A DNA stretch of 64,000 bases from Octopus sinensis (GCF_006345805.1 NC_042998.1:104408001-104472000), one strand, 5' to 3'. Positions 49,982 to 63,866 are shown, counted from the first letter of the stretch. The notes: a model not told the origin generated them from the sequence alone. Made by a program: numbers and translations.

Positions 49982-50260
49982 GGGAGAGGTTGAGGAAAAA
50001 TGAGGGAAAAAGCAGCATCAAGGATGCTAACGAAGACGATAAATATGGCCGAATAGCCTTTCTGATTGTAGTAGCGTTTGTAGTAGAAGTTGTGATCGAT
50101 GTGGCTGTTATCTTAGTGACTTCATGATGAAAAAAGTGAAACGATCGGTGACAATGATGACGATGGTGGTGGTGATAACGACAACCACGATGACGATGAT
50201 AATGATGATGATGATGGTGATGGTGGTGGTGGTGGTGGTAATGATGATGAGGCACAATAA
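49930..50260. repeat. (GAT)n/(GGT)n trinucleotide field
   Basis: Direct reading. Confidence 0.85.
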
Positions 50261-50751
50261 TAAGATAATGCAAAATTGCATGCAAGCACATATACATGCA
50301 CACTGGCACATAGATATATACTTGTACAGACACATAAACGTGAGTTCACATACATACACATACATGCACATACATACACTTACACACATAATCACATTCA
50401 TATTGCAACACTGGAGATGGAGACACATCAAATTTCTTGACCTCAAAATTGCATCACCCTCATATCAAACTATACTGTTTGAAAAAAAAATCTTGAACAT
50501 GATAGGTTGAAAAATTCAGTCACAGTTATCCAAAAAGCGGCATATGCACAGACAGAAGGTCTGCGATTATAGTTCTTCATTAGTGCTGACTCAAGGCTAA
50601 ACAATATTAACATCAAGGAAAACAAAATGAAAAAAAGCAAACTCGTATAATACCACTTGCATATAAATTCCGTTGCAGATAACATGCAATTTACATAAAC
50701 ATATAAACTTATATATATACGGCGGTGCATCAGCATGGCCGCAGCTCTGAG

Positions 50752-50842
<91 letters not shown>

Positions 50843-51429
50843 GGGGAGAGACAGAGAGCAATAAGAAAATGGAGGGTATCGATGAGTGGTAATCATCAAC
50901 TTTTCGATATTATATTAGGTGAATTTATTTATTTATCTCCGCCATTTTCTTATTGCCCTATAAATTTATGGTAAAATAACTCTTTATACCCTCACCCATT
51001 TAGTACACTCGGTAATGTAATTGCAATGCAATTAAAAACACTTGTGTATTAATAATTGGGTATTCTACCAGCAGTATTTTCGATAGATATTATCCCTTGG
51101 TTGGATTCACAACCTCTAACTTTCTTGGAATATATATATATATATTTAGCCGAATTTGCTAGGATGATCCGGCTCTTGACTGGAGATTGAAGGCTTCGAA
51201 TGTCCCGTCCGTGTTTTTTGTATCGCCTTCTAAATGTTTTACGTTCTTGTCCCAGTTTGTATTTTTCTACATATAATATATATATATATATTACGGATAT
51301 GTACTCGCATAGCAAGTGATTTGATCTGAGATCGTGTGCTGGAACGAAAACAATTGCAGCGTGGAAGGTGTTTGTAAGCCATTTAAGAGACACACAAAAG
51401 CCGTTCGATTCACAACAACATTTAAGTTT

Positions 51430-51483
51430 AATTTGTCAAAATATTTTCGTCGCTAAAATCCGCGACCTGTTCACTGAAAAAAT
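51430..51483 (-). ncRNA. Hammerhead with G3-C8 core (left arm; 2 mismatches in helix I)
   Basis: Minus strand ATTTTTTCA-GTGAACA-G-GTCGC ggatttta GCGAC-GAAAATATTT-TGACAAATT. Confidence 0.6.
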
Positions 51484-51534
51484 CCGTGCTGCATCTGAGC
51501 AGCACGGATTTTTGTCAGCTCAGATGCAGCACGG

Positions 51535-51588
51535 AATTTGTCAGTGAACAGGTCGCGGATTTTAGCGACGAAAATATTTTGACAAATT
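51535..51588 (+). ncRNA. Type I hammerhead with G3-C8 compensatory core (right arm)
   Basis: AATTTGTCA-GTGAACA-G-GTCGC ggatttta GCGAC-GAAA-ATAT-TT-TGACAAATT: perfect 9-bp helix I, 5-bp stem II, palindromic AATATT helix III. Confidence 0.72.
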
Positions 51589-51698
51589 AAACTTAAAAGT
51601 TGAAGTGAATCGAACGGATTCTTGTGTGTTTCTTAAATGGTTACGAACACCTTCACGCTGCAATTGTATATATATAATATATATATATATGTGTGTAT

Positions 51699-51731
<33 letters not shown>

Positions 51732-51732
51732 T

Positions 51733-51787
<55 letters not shown>

Positions 51788-52394
51788 CGTATTATAAACA
51801 AAGAAATATAATTCATCTAGAATGTGTGTAAAATAAACGTATACAAATATTAAAAAGTATAAGTAATAAAATTAAATATGGGTGTGTGTAAACAATATAT
51901 TCACAAGCATCAAACAAATATATATATATATATATTTGGTGTGGTCTCTTTTTATATCTACGCCTTATGTGGAACCAAATCCAAGATCAGATCTACAGTT
52001 TAAATATTGTGTATATCTACAGTATTCTACCAACACTTGATACCTTCATTGTTCACTGCTTACCTCAGTGTGAACTCTAGGTTATTGCACCAAGCCGTTT
52101 TCTGGTGCCCTGCGTGTTGATGTGCCTAGGTTCTATTGAATACTTATAGCTAATTCATATGTGAGTGTGTATGTGTGTATGTATATATATTTACACAAAC
52201 ATGCGCAAATATTTATGGATGAAAACACACACACTCACACATCCATATGTATATGCATATTCACTTATATGTGCGTTAGTGTGCAAACGCTACGTGTTAC
52301 ACATGGTTATATATGCATATACACATACACACCGTAATACATTTATCACCAGTACTCATATATGTGTGATACATACATACAATGTACATACATC

Positions 52395-52436
<42 letters not shown>

Positions 52437-52437
52437 G

Positions 52438-52470
<33 letters not shown>

Positions 52471-52977
52471 GTGTATATATATATATATATATATCTACAC
52501 TCGTATATATACTTAATCCCCATAAAAACTAATAAATGTGTATCAAAAGAAAAGAGATCGTGGAAAGTTATTTGAGATGAATTCACTCTACTGCCTTCAC
52601 ATCGGCCTTTACCCAGATTAATTCCAGCCACACAAACAAGTGAGAGGTATCCCTGTCACCCGTCTATTTACCTGTTCCGAGTAACTTTTGACATTGTTCT
52701 GGAGATCGCGTGTTATTCGGCTTTATACGCTTGATTCTCTAATGGACCCCTGCTATGTTCGATAAAAGGAATGTTTATATGTGTAGACAGACACATACAC
52801 ATGCATGTATTGTATGTACACACACACACGCGAGCACACAGATACACACGAAGAAACGTGCATTTGCAAACATAAATCTGTGTGTGCGTATGTATGTGTG
52901 TATACACACACACACATATATATGTGTGTATGTGCATGTGAATTAATGTGTAAAGGATACGTATCATATATGTTAAT

Positions 52978-53009
<32 letters not shown>

Positions 53010-53091
53010 CCAGCAATACATTTAACACCAACTACTCATATAAGTATATACATACCTGCATGCTTATATATATATATATATATATATATAT

Positions 53092-53292
53092 TAATCCAAA
53101 CAAGAAAGCACAAAAAAACACAACAACGCGAGGACGTGGAACAAATATAGTATTATTGGACGCTCAGGAAAGAAGGAAAGAAGGAGGGTTTAACGTTTCG
53201 AGCGGAGCTCTTCGTCGGAAACATAGGAGAAGGAAAGATCCAGAGAAGGAAAGACAGAGGGAAAAAATCGCCAACGGTACACACGAGGTCAC
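53092..53292 (-). mobile_element. ~200-bp pLTR-like repeat in (TA)n with a hammerhead at 53188-53222 (U4C)
   Basis: Minus strand GTTT-CCGACGA-A-GAG ctccg CTC-GAAACGTT-AAAC; paralogue of 22650-22858. Confidence 0.72.
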
Positions 53293-53323
<31 letters not shown>

Positions 53324-53549
53324 ATATATTTATATTATTTGAGGGTACTACTATTCATAGATACGCACGCTAAGAGGACCAATGCGGTCAAAACTACTAA
53401 AAAAGAATTTAGAGTACATATTACCTGTGATTTCGCAATTAATGCAGAATATGCATTCTATGTTCATCAGTGCAACAAACTCAAGACATATAAGAAAAAA
53501 TAACGTTACAAACCCGATAGCCAACCGCAGAATTGTAAATTTGTAAATT

Positions 53550-53611
<62 letters not shown>

Positions 53612-53639
53612 ATATATATATATGTATGTATATGTGTGC

Positions 53640-53670
<31 letters not shown>

Positions 53671-54047
53671 GTGGTGTGTGGTGTGTGTGTGTGTGGGTGT
53701 GGTGTGGGTGTGGCATTTGTATGATGTGAAGTCATTTATTTATGTCTATACAAACAGAAATACATTTCCGATAGAAGATCTCTTTCATTTGGCATTTCAT
53801 TTGCATAAATGACGGTAAGATGAAGCTAGTTCGATTTTAGCTGCGTAATAAATTGACGAATGTTGAAGAGTTCCTTTACAATATAAAATTTTGCAAGACT
53901 TCGTCCAATTCTTAAGGGCTGGTACATGTTGTTTATCTAATGGCAATGTTTGGTGATATGCAGTTAGTTCGTATATGAATATAAAGTGGGATTCTTTTAT
54001 TAAGGTATCGTATGGTTTCGAGGCTAGTTTCAGTGGATTGTCTTATA

Positions 54048-54299
54048 TTGGGTTGGTGCTTAATTATTGCGGCTTTTTTTCAATAAATTTTATTCAACAA
54101 AAACAATTAACGGCATGTAACAAAAACATCTTTAAATGATTATTCCGGTGCATATTCACCATCTACTTCAATTACTGCTGCTCATTTGCTTGGCAGACGG
54201 TTAGACCGTCATTAAAAGATGTTTTTGTTAAATATTGTTATTGATTTTGCTGAATAAAATTTGTTGAAAAAAAGCCACAATAATTATGCACCAACTCAA
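54048..54299. mobile_element. Mariner-type MITE (252 bp) with long TIRs
   Basis: TA-TTGGGTTGGTGCTTAATTATTGCGGC... and ...GCCACAATAATTATGCACCAACTCAA-TA; internal AACAAAAACATCTTT / AAAGATGTTTTTGTT also inverted. Confidence 0.88.
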
Positions 54300-55583
54300 T
54301 AATTCTGTACATTTGATCAACGAGAATACACACACACACACACACCAATGTATTTATGTATATGTGCGTGGCGTGTGGCTAGTTCTCCGTCGGTTTCGAC
54401 GAGTAGAATTTAGCTGATCAATCGAAAGAAATAGAAAAAAAACTGTTTTCCGTTTTTGCTTTGTTCTATTTATGTTTGTGTTTCGTATTTTGATTATAAT
54501 TGTATTTTGTCTGTCACTCTAACTGTGAGTTGAGTTTTGTCTGTAAACTGTTAATTATGAAACATAAGCTTCTGTTACTCAGCCCTATTCCTTTAACAAG
54601 GTTCATGTTCAGCTGCAGTGAAATCGAACGCAATTTCTTACAACGGCACGAATGTGGCCATGGGTCAAGGAGTACACTAATGTTTGTTATCGGCTGTTGA
54701 GCTACTTGCTAACGAATGCATGATATACTTTTCCAAGGCATACTCAATCGCTAGTGACGGCAGGTTCTGCTGTTCTGAATTGTGCCTCAAAAATAACAAA
54801 TTACATGTTTATATGGTCTACACCTGTATATGTAACCCCCACCTCAAATATATAAAAGCACACTCAAGCGTACATATATTCACACCTTATCTTATACCCC
54901 TTCTTTTTCTCTCCCTATATACACCCGCCCTTTTTTCTATCGAAATATCGAAAGGCTGATAGAAAGACAAAACAAAACAAAAAAAAAGGCGCCAAAATGA
55001 AAGAATGCTATAGTGAGAGGGAATAACTGACAGGCAATGGTAGGGGGAATTCATGAACATTGACTTAAACTTTTGGTTTTAAATTCCAACTCAATCGACA
55101 TAAATTATCACCAGTCACATATATAGACACATACACACACACAAACACACACATATACATAGATACACATATATACACACACATATACACATATATCCAC
55201 ATATATACACACACATAAACACAAACATGTGTATGTGTGTGCGTATATATATATATATATATATATATATACAAACACACACATATAAAGATATATACAT
55301 AGATATTTGTATATATGTATTTATGAATACGTATAAACATATATAATAAATAACTACGCGCGCGTATGTGTGGGTAACTGCATATAATACAGGTATATCT
55401 AAGAACCATACAACAAGGACTAAGCTTGCGGCATTCAATAGCTGAGAGCAAGATTTTGATTGTGATTTTTCTTTGAAACCAATTCATTTCTTCTTGAGAA
55501 TAGCAGGAACATCATCCAGTATGATGCCATCTGCCTAGATGTATATTAGTGATCCTAAATTTTTTCTTTTTTTTTTGTTCTAG

Positions 55584-55663
55584 AAAGTATCGGAAACTTT
55601 CTGCAATGATTAATGTCGCATGCTTGTATCGTGACGGTACTACGCTACATGCTGTGGCCTCAG
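55584..55663 (+). other. Candidate 80-nt exon (phase 2-1), unassigned
   Basis: Long T-tract plus TTCTAG acceptor and CAG|GTTAAA donor; frame KYRKLSAMINVACLYRDGTTLHAVAS. Confidence 0.22.
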
Positions 55664-56633
55664 GTTAAATACTCATGCAGTTCGTCTCGCCTACAGCCAC
55701 GCCTATCCTATTGGAGCTGAGAAAAATCGTTGAATGAAGCTGTAGAGACTAAAATGTATGACTGACTGTCAGTTTCTCTACGAAAAACCACCTTTCATGG
55801 ACACATGTGGACTTGAACACCTACCTACCTACCTACCTACCTACCTACCTACCTACATACCTACCTACCTACCTACCTACCTACATACATACATACATAC
55901 ACACATACACACAAACAAATACACACGAGCGCGCACACTCCCACACACCAATACTTATTTCATATACTAGATATTCATAAATGTATATTTCGATTTATTT
56001 ATTTATATGACTCAACTGTTTCTCTATCTCTCTAAATTCACACATACACACACACATGAATCTGTTGGCCTATGTCTGCATGTATGCATGTGGCTATGTA
56101 TGTATGTAGGTAGGTAGGCAGGTAAGTAGGTAGGTAGGTATATGTGTGTGTATATGATGTATGAAATTAAGAAATAAATATATGTTCTTGAAAGAGGATT
56201 AGACTAAAATAACGATGTATATAATGTTTGCAATGAATATAAAAACGCAGAACGGCACCAACTATAATATTTTATCTCAAAGAAACTTCTGGAAATAGCT
56301 TGCGTGTTAAAGAATCGAGCGTTCGCACAGAATGTTGTCAGATGCAGTGTTTCGACCTCATTTAATCTCCTTTTGAAAGTGTTCGTCACAGAGGAAGTTG
56401 AATGATTTCACAGACTATGCCTGACGATTCGCCCACGACATTCTAAATAACCTTTGTGTATTTTAACATAGTTTTCTTTAAAAATTTCTCTTAAAAATTT
56501 TCTTTAAAATACTGTGGCGAGTGCTGTCCTACTTTTGTCTATACAATAAAAATGATATACGCAAAGTTATTATATATACTATATATATTCTTGTCTCTGT
56601 GTATATGCGCGAATGTGTGTGTTTACACACACA

Positions 56634-56684
<51 letters not shown>

Positions 56685-57161
56685 ATGTTCATGTATGTTT
56701 GTATGTACGTATTCATGTCCAGTGATATAAACATATTTCTTGTGGAAATGAGGGTGAATTAGGTATAGAATCTTAAGATTTCTTAATTTTTTTTCAATGG
56801 AGTAATACTTTAGCAGAATACTAAAGGTAGTCGATTACATCGACCTCAGTACTTGGCTATGGATTTCGTCCCATTTGTATTGCTTTTGGTGTAACTATAA
56901 TGAAATAAGTTTGACCATAGAAGAGGAGACAAGTGTACAATAAAAAAAAAAACTTTCAGCGATATTTTCACATAAACCTGAACCACCAATACCATTTATG
57001 TCAATTTGTACCATGTCAAGGATCAAACACTGCAGAAAAAATTCGTATTTCAAAAGAAATTATGTATTTCACCGTTCTCTTCAAGCATCCAGTCACCATA
57101 GAGTTTTTATATTAATCAGAACCGTGGATTACTCAGTATTCTTTTCGTATATGTTAATATA

Positions 57162-57633
57162 CAGTAATCCCTTGACTATCGTGGGTTTTATGTTCCAAAA
57201 TCTCCCGCGATATGGGAAAATCCGCGATTCAGTACTCTACTGAATATATTTTTTATCACTTTTATAATTTGTATATTTTCTATTATAAGTGCAAAACAAC
57301 ACTACACACTCGCCTCCCGAGTTTCATTTTCCATACAGTATGTGCGATTCTTTGTTTACTCATCTACGGTACTCTACGTATTTTCTTTTAATATATTTTA
57401 ATGTATTATACTGTACACTATTCTTATTTATTAATTTATTAATTTTTAGGTGTGAAAATGCTTATTTTTACCACAGAAATAATCAAAATCTAAAAAAATA
57501 TAAATACTTATCGGCCGCAGAAACCCGCAATATACTGAGGAGTCTGCGATATAAATTTACATATATTAGCCAGAAATATCCGCGATGTACTGAGTGCGCG
57601 ATAGGTGAACCGTGATATGGCGAGGAATTACTG
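57162..57633. mobile_element. pogo/Tigger-like MITE (472 bp)
   Basis: TA-CAGTAATCCCTTG ... CGAGGAATTACTG-TA. Confidence 0.85.
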
Positions 57634-58094
57634 TATATCGATTTCGATTTCTTCTCTTTGCTCCATGTATAATTTTCTCCCTGTCACTCCCATCCACTCT
57701 CATTTTCTTTTTACACTCCTCAGTTGCTCGCCAGCAATTGCACATTTACCCCCAAAACATACATAAACTCAAATAGTTTGCAGTGTCTTATTTCTTCGAA
57801 GCTTTACAGTGATTCAGCGTAACACTCTGCCTACACTCTCTGTACAGATATCGATAATGAAATTTTCAAATCGAACATTATTAACTAACTGGTCTGTAAC
57901 TTTCTGAAAAAGAAGAAATAAAAAGCTTGAGAAGTCTCTGATTTCATTGTGAAATCTTTACTAGTAACGAAATTTGAATTCGGAAAATACTAATAAAAAT
58001 CGTAGAAACCACAAGACATTTAGGCGGAGCACCAACGTGGAGCACTCCCAATTCTGAAATGATATCCACCTACTATTAGTCATATTAATGATGA

Positions 58095-58512
58095 TGGCGG
58101 TTTCAAATTTTGGCACACAGCCAGCAATATTTGAGGAGGGAGGGAAGTCGATTACACCGATCCCAGACTTCAACTGGTACTTATTTTATTGACCATGAAA
58201 AGAAGAAAGGGAAAATCGGCCTTGGCGGAAATTATTTAGGAACGAAGACGGACGAAATGCCGCTAAGCATGTGGTCCGGCGTGCTAACGATTCTTTTCTA
58301 CCCTAGGCACACCACCCAAAATTTTTTGTGGGGTGGGGGCCAGTCGATTTAGATCGACCCCAGTACGCAACTGGTATTTAATCTACCGACCCCGAAAGGA
58401 TGAAGCGCAAAATCGACCTCGGCGAAATTTGAACTCAGAAAGTAAAGACAGACAAAATACCGTTACGAATTTCGCCCGGCATGTTAACGTTTCTGCCAGT
58501 TCGCCACCTTAT
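58095..58512 (-). mobile_element. Two adjacent SINE family A copies
   Basis: Body and head motifs at 58095-58290 and 58300-58512. Confidence 0.8.
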
Positions 58513-59564
58513 AAATAATCACAGTAATAGTTACAACAATGACCATGTCAATGTGAGAGCCCCTACGTCCGTGATTCCCAACGTGGGGCATGGTAATATT
58601 TTGTTGGGGCATAGTAATATTTTGGTGAGGCATGCTTAGGGTTATGCTGAATTTTTATACCTTTTGTAACCAATAGAGAAAGGGGGCAATTAGAGAATGA
58701 GTTACTAAAAAAAAATTCTTTACATTCTTCTGTGAACAATTTTATCAAATTTTGGCCACTTTAGAAAAAAAAAATGAGAAAAACGGAAATGTATTGAGTG
58801 AGAAACGATGGAGGTGCCGTTGAGTAACATGACGAGTAATCAGTTGTTCTTTTAATTGATCAATTGATCATCCTACTCCATAACTTAGCATCTAAGTGGC
58901 TGAGTAATTTACACAAACATGAAACTTTACCATATAGTTGTAGATTCCTCTAGTGAAATCGTCAGTCATTATCTGATAATTTTTTTATTGGAATCCATTT
59001 AATAATTATAGTTTCTCATCCATTAATAAGATATATGTTCATATTTATAGTATACTATTACTACTACAGTGTTGCTAAATCCTGGGCACAGGTTTGGCTC
59101 AAGGTAGTTTAGTAATGTAGTTTAATCAGAAATCTTTATAGAAACTATTGTTCCGAGTCAAGAGGTAACCGACGAACAACGTTAATTAAGATTAAACTCC
59201 ATTCTTTTCAGTATCTAGATATTGCGAAACTGAACGCAATTTTATGTTACAGTCACGACTACATTAAGTCATAATCTACTCTTTCTAACAAGCATTTACC
59301 AATATTCTCCTGTCTGAGAATGTACTTCAACGTTTTAAACAGTAAATATACAAAACTTTTAACAAGACAACGACGCTCACTTTTTTTTTATTGAAGGTTG
59401 TGCTATTTACACATGCACACACATAAATACACACACACATGCACTCATATACACACTTATACTCATATGCACGCGCACTAACCCCCCCCCCCCCACACAA
59501 ACTCACAAAAAATGCATAAACATATACGTATACATATATCATTGAACATTTGCGTCTGTTGTAG

Positions 59565-59601
59565 GCGGTTTGAGTGCCTGCAGCTGGAATGTTCTTTAAA
59601 G
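59565..59601 (+). other. Candidate 37-nt exon (phase 2-0), unassigned
   Basis: TTTGCGTCTGTTGTAG acceptor and AAAG|GTAGGA donor; only one stop-free frame (RFECLQLECSLK). Confidence 0.28.
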
Positions 59602-59955
59602 GTAGGACTGGACAAGTTTTACTGGAAGGTTAACAATAACCCTGCATGTGTAGTCGTCTTCCTTAGTCGGACCATTGATGTCTCGGAGAAAGACAGTTTG
59701 ACATAAATTTTGTCACAATCGTTGTCACAAAAATGTAGGCACCACATGACGTTCCATTGAACAGTCAAACAATTCTGCCAGTCTACCTCTCCGTCATTTT
59801 GACAGGATGAGAGATAAAATTTGTCCTTGCTGGGTTAGAACTTAGATAAGACGGATTGTGAACAAATACGGCAAAACATTTTCTCCAATGCTTTAACGAC
59901 TCTGCTAATTCAATGGTTTTTACACGCTCACATGTACACGCAAGCGCGTATATTT

Positions 59956-59995
<40 letters not shown>

Positions 59996-60134
59996 TGTGT
60001 GAGAGAGAGAGAGATAGAAAGAGTTTGAATGTGTATGTGTGTGTGCGCGCGCATATGCCTTTGAGTACTCGCAGACACGCATATACACATACACACACAG
60101 ACATGTGTGTGTGTGTATTTATATAATACATATG

Positions 60135-60176
<42 letters not shown>

Positions 60177-60214
60177 TAGTATATGTACGTATATATACAC
60201 ACACAATATATAGT

Positions 60215-60227
60215 TATAGATAGATAG

Positions 60228-60284
<57 letters not shown>

Positions 60285-60294
60285 GAATAGATAG

Positions 60295-60389
<95 letters not shown>

Positions 60390-60430
60390 CCAGATAGGCA
60401 GGTAGATAGATAGGTAGATAGACAGATGCG
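60215..60430. repeat. (GATA)n microsatellite
   Basis: Direct reading. Confidence 0.95.
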
Positions 60431-60620
60431 AAGTTGAACTATATTCTATTCACAAAAGGACGCATAAATCCTTGATGCATAATAAAAGCATATACATTCA
60501 AACATCAAGATACACAGTTTGTTTTAAGAGACAGTGATTTACCATCTGAAAAACACACACACACACAGCACACACGTATATGTATATCTGTTCGTATTAT
60601 GATATATATATATATATATT

Positions 60621-60674
<54 letters not shown>

Positions 60675-61274
60675 TATATGTACGCCGCACACATACGTAC
60701 TATGTGTAAGTATATACATACCAGTGTGTGCCTCATTTTGTGTGTATGTATATATGTATGTATGTATGATGGAGTATTATATATTCTGTAACCTCAAATT
60801 GATATATTTCTGTTTGTATATTATATATTTGTTTTCCTCCTAAGCAATGAATTATACATCAGTTTGTCTGAATCCACCATAAAACGTAGAACAATAAAAA
60901 CACTAGCAGTTGTTTGTCTAACGAGTGTGTTTTTCAAAGATGCAAGGCACAATAAAATGGCGGACATAGAGAAATCAACAGGCACTTGACGCCATTACAC
61001 ACATAAAATAAAACAAGAAAAGAATAAATGGATTCCACACGAAAAGAGATCTGAAGTCGGTAAGTAACTGGGCACTGGACAATTGTTTTGACCTGGTCAA
61101 GCATGTGTCATATTTCATGGAAAGTTTTGACCACCACCCATGCCATACATGACACCTACCGACATACTGGTTTACTGTCTCGTCTTTCTTCTCCTTCTTC
61201 TCTCTCTCTCTCTCTCTCAATCTGCCACTCAACCGCTTTTTCTGTCTCACATTTTTGTTATTCCATCTTCACAT

Positions 61275-61760
61275 CCCCCTTCTTCTTCTTCTTCTTCTTC
61301 TTCTTCTTCTTCTTCTTCTTCTTCTCTTCTTTCTTCTTCTTCTTCTTCTTCTTCTTCTTCTTCTTCTTCTTCTTCTTCTTCGTTCGTCGTCGTCGTCGTC
61401 ATCATCATTATCATCATCATCATCATCTTCTCTTTCTTCTTCTTCTTCTTCTTCTCTTCTTCTTCTTCTTCTTCTTCGTCGTCGTCGTCGTCGTCGTCAT
61501 CATCATCATCATCTTCTATTTCTTCTTCTTCTTTTTCTTCTTTTTCTTCTTCTTCTTCTTCTTCTTCTCCTTCTCCTTCTTCTTCTTCTTCTTCGTCGTA
61601 GTCGTCGTCATCATTATCATCATCATCATCATCTTCTCTTTCTTCTCCTTCTTCTCTTCTTCTTCTTCTTCTTCTTCTTCTTCTTCTTCTTCGTCGTCGT
61701 CGTCGTCGTCGTCATCATCATCATCATCATCTCTTTCTTCTTCTTCTTCTTCTTCTTCTG
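61275..61760. repeat. Compound (TTC)n/(TCG)n/(TCA)n field
   Basis: Direct reading. Confidence 0.95.
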
Positions 61761-62301
61761 TTATTTTTCCTACTCTTCTCTGCTTTCTCCTTTCTCCAAC
61801 TTCCTCGTAAACATTTCTTCCGTTTTCCTGTTTATAATACCGTCTTTTTCAAGTAATTCTTCCTATAATTACCATTATTATTTACTCCTTGTACTTAGGT
61901 ATATCTATATATCGAATGACCCAAACGTTATTGATATTGGTAGTCATTTATATATGTTATCTTAGCTCCATCTACCCTTCTATCTTTCAGTTTTTCCTCC
62001 CCTCTTTGCAAACAAGCGCGTACGCACGCACACACACACACAGACAGACACACACGCACACACACACAGACAGACACACACGCACATACACACACACGCA
62101 TTCACGCACACACACACATACACGTATACATAAATGTAAGTTTAATCCATAATTGAGTTCGACAAAATATAGCTTGTCGAGCAAACGGTTATAGATTAAA
62201 TTTTTGACACTTCGGCCTCTAGCTTCTGAATTCTTCAAAATATTTCCAAGTGGTCAAATCAGATTTTATTTACACTAGACAAACAGCACTAAACATGAAA
62301 G

Positions 62302-62372
<71 letters not shown>

Positions 62373-62570
62373 TAGTAAGTACGTGCATACATGCATACAT
62401 ACATATATACATACAAGCATAAATACGTACATGCATAAAAACATGCATACACGCTCATATATACTTGTGTGTGTGTATGGTTATATATGTATATTATATA
62501 TATATATATATAAGTATCCATATATTTATATGTATATATATATATCTGTATATAGATAGATAGATAGATA

Positions 62571-62620
<50 letters not shown>

Positions 62621-62671
62621 ATATACATATAAATATATATACGCATGTGTGTCTATTAATGTTGTTGTTAA

Positions 62672-62885
62672 GGCTGCTAGCTGGCAGAATCGTAAGCACG
62701 CTGGGCGAAATGCTTAGCGGTGCTTCACCCATCGCTACGTTCCGGGTTCAAATTCCGCCGAGGTTGATTTTCCCTTTCATCCTTTTGGGGGTCGATAAAT
62801 TAAATACCCGTCAAGTACTGGGGTCGATGTGATTGACTATTCCGCCTTCCTTCAAATTCCCGGCCTTGTGCTTATGGTAGTAAGG
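62672..62885 (+). mobile_element. SINE family A
   Basis: AAGGCTGCTAGCTGGCAGAATCG head and GGGTTCAAATTCCGCCGAGG. Confidence 0.85.
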
Positions 62886-63219
62886 ATCATTATGGTTGTT
62901 TTTATTGCTTAAAACAGTTTGATTCGGCCCCATGCTACTTAAAGTTTCACAGGCTCGATACAGGAACCTAGCCTGTGTCTGAGCATGTGTGCGAGCGCGT
63001 GTAGTCGCAGAAAACACAGGGGACAAATTAATGATACCAGTAATGTGTTTTCTGCATTTCCTTTCATTATTTCAGCACGATACTGATCTTCTTCTGCCTA
63101 GATATATGCTGTTTTCACATACTTAATTGTGCAATATAGGAATATAAGAGAGTAACTTGGTTTAGGTATTGAACCTTAATCAAAATGTAACATACCGTGC
63201 TTCATAGTACATCCTAAAG

Positions 63220-63250
<31 letters not shown>

Positions 63251-63460
63251 TATATGTGTGTGTGTGTGCGTGTGCATGTGTGTGTGAGAGATAGGGGAGA
63301 GAAACAGATGGAGGAGAAAAAGAAAGAGTAAGAGAGAATGTATTTCGAAAGTTCGCTTCGGAAACACGTTGCTCAGCATTTGTTCTCATTTGACGCTTTG
63401 ACCGAATACATACAAACAAGCATACGTATATACATGCATCCATATATATATATATCGAAG

Positions 63461-63866
63461 TGCAGGCGTGGCTGTGTGGTAAGAAGCTTGCTTCCCAGAC
63501 ACAAGGTTTCGTGTTCAGTCCCATTGCCTGACACATTAGGCAAGTGTCTCTTACTATGTCCTCGGACCGGTCACAGTGGATTCGATAGACGTAAACTGAA
63601 AGAAGCCCATCGTATATATATATATATATATTTATGTATTTATGTGTGTGCATTTATTTTGTGTTTGTGTTTGTCTCCTCACCATCGCTTGACAACCGAT
63701 GTTTGTGAGTTTACTTCCCCGTAACTAAGCGGTTTGGCAAGAGACCGATGGTATAAGTATTGGGCTTACAAAGAATAAGTCCTGGGGTCGATTTCTTCAA
63801 TTCAAATCCTTTAGGCGGTGTTCCAGCATGGCCGCATTCAAATGGCTGAAACAAGTAAAAGAATAA
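63461..63866 (+). mobile_element. SINE family B, full length
   Basis: GCAGGCGTGGCTGTGTGGTAAGAAGCTTGC head, internal (TA)n, CATGGCCGC..GAAACAAGTAAAAGAAT tail followed by (CATA)n. Confidence 0.9.

Larger units (their letters stand above)
51350..51667. repeat. Fold-back: two ~150-bp inverted arms (51350-51500, 51518-51667) with a 17-bp spacer
   Basis: Arms are reverse complements with scattered mismatches, for example GTCGCTAAAATCCGCGACCTGTTCACTGA vs TCAGTGAACAGGTCGCGGATTTTAGCGAC. Confidence 0.95.

Noticed and set aside
51170-51215. CTGGAGA..GAAG/CTTC..GAATGTC hammerhead-like words
   Set aside because: GAAA is incomplete and helix I is mismatched at the junction.
58570-58640. hAT-like end (CCGTGATTCCCAAC) followed by a ~21-bp triplicated unit
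   Set aside because: No matching second terminus or TSD found.
60950-61066. AAAATGGCGG start-like motif and a strong GTAAGT donor at ~61060
   Set aside because: Both ATG frames stop early and the nearest acceptor is purine-rich; unsupported.
61088-61965. 236-240-aa ORFs
   Set aside because: Translations of the (TTC)n/(TCG)n/(TCA)n field.
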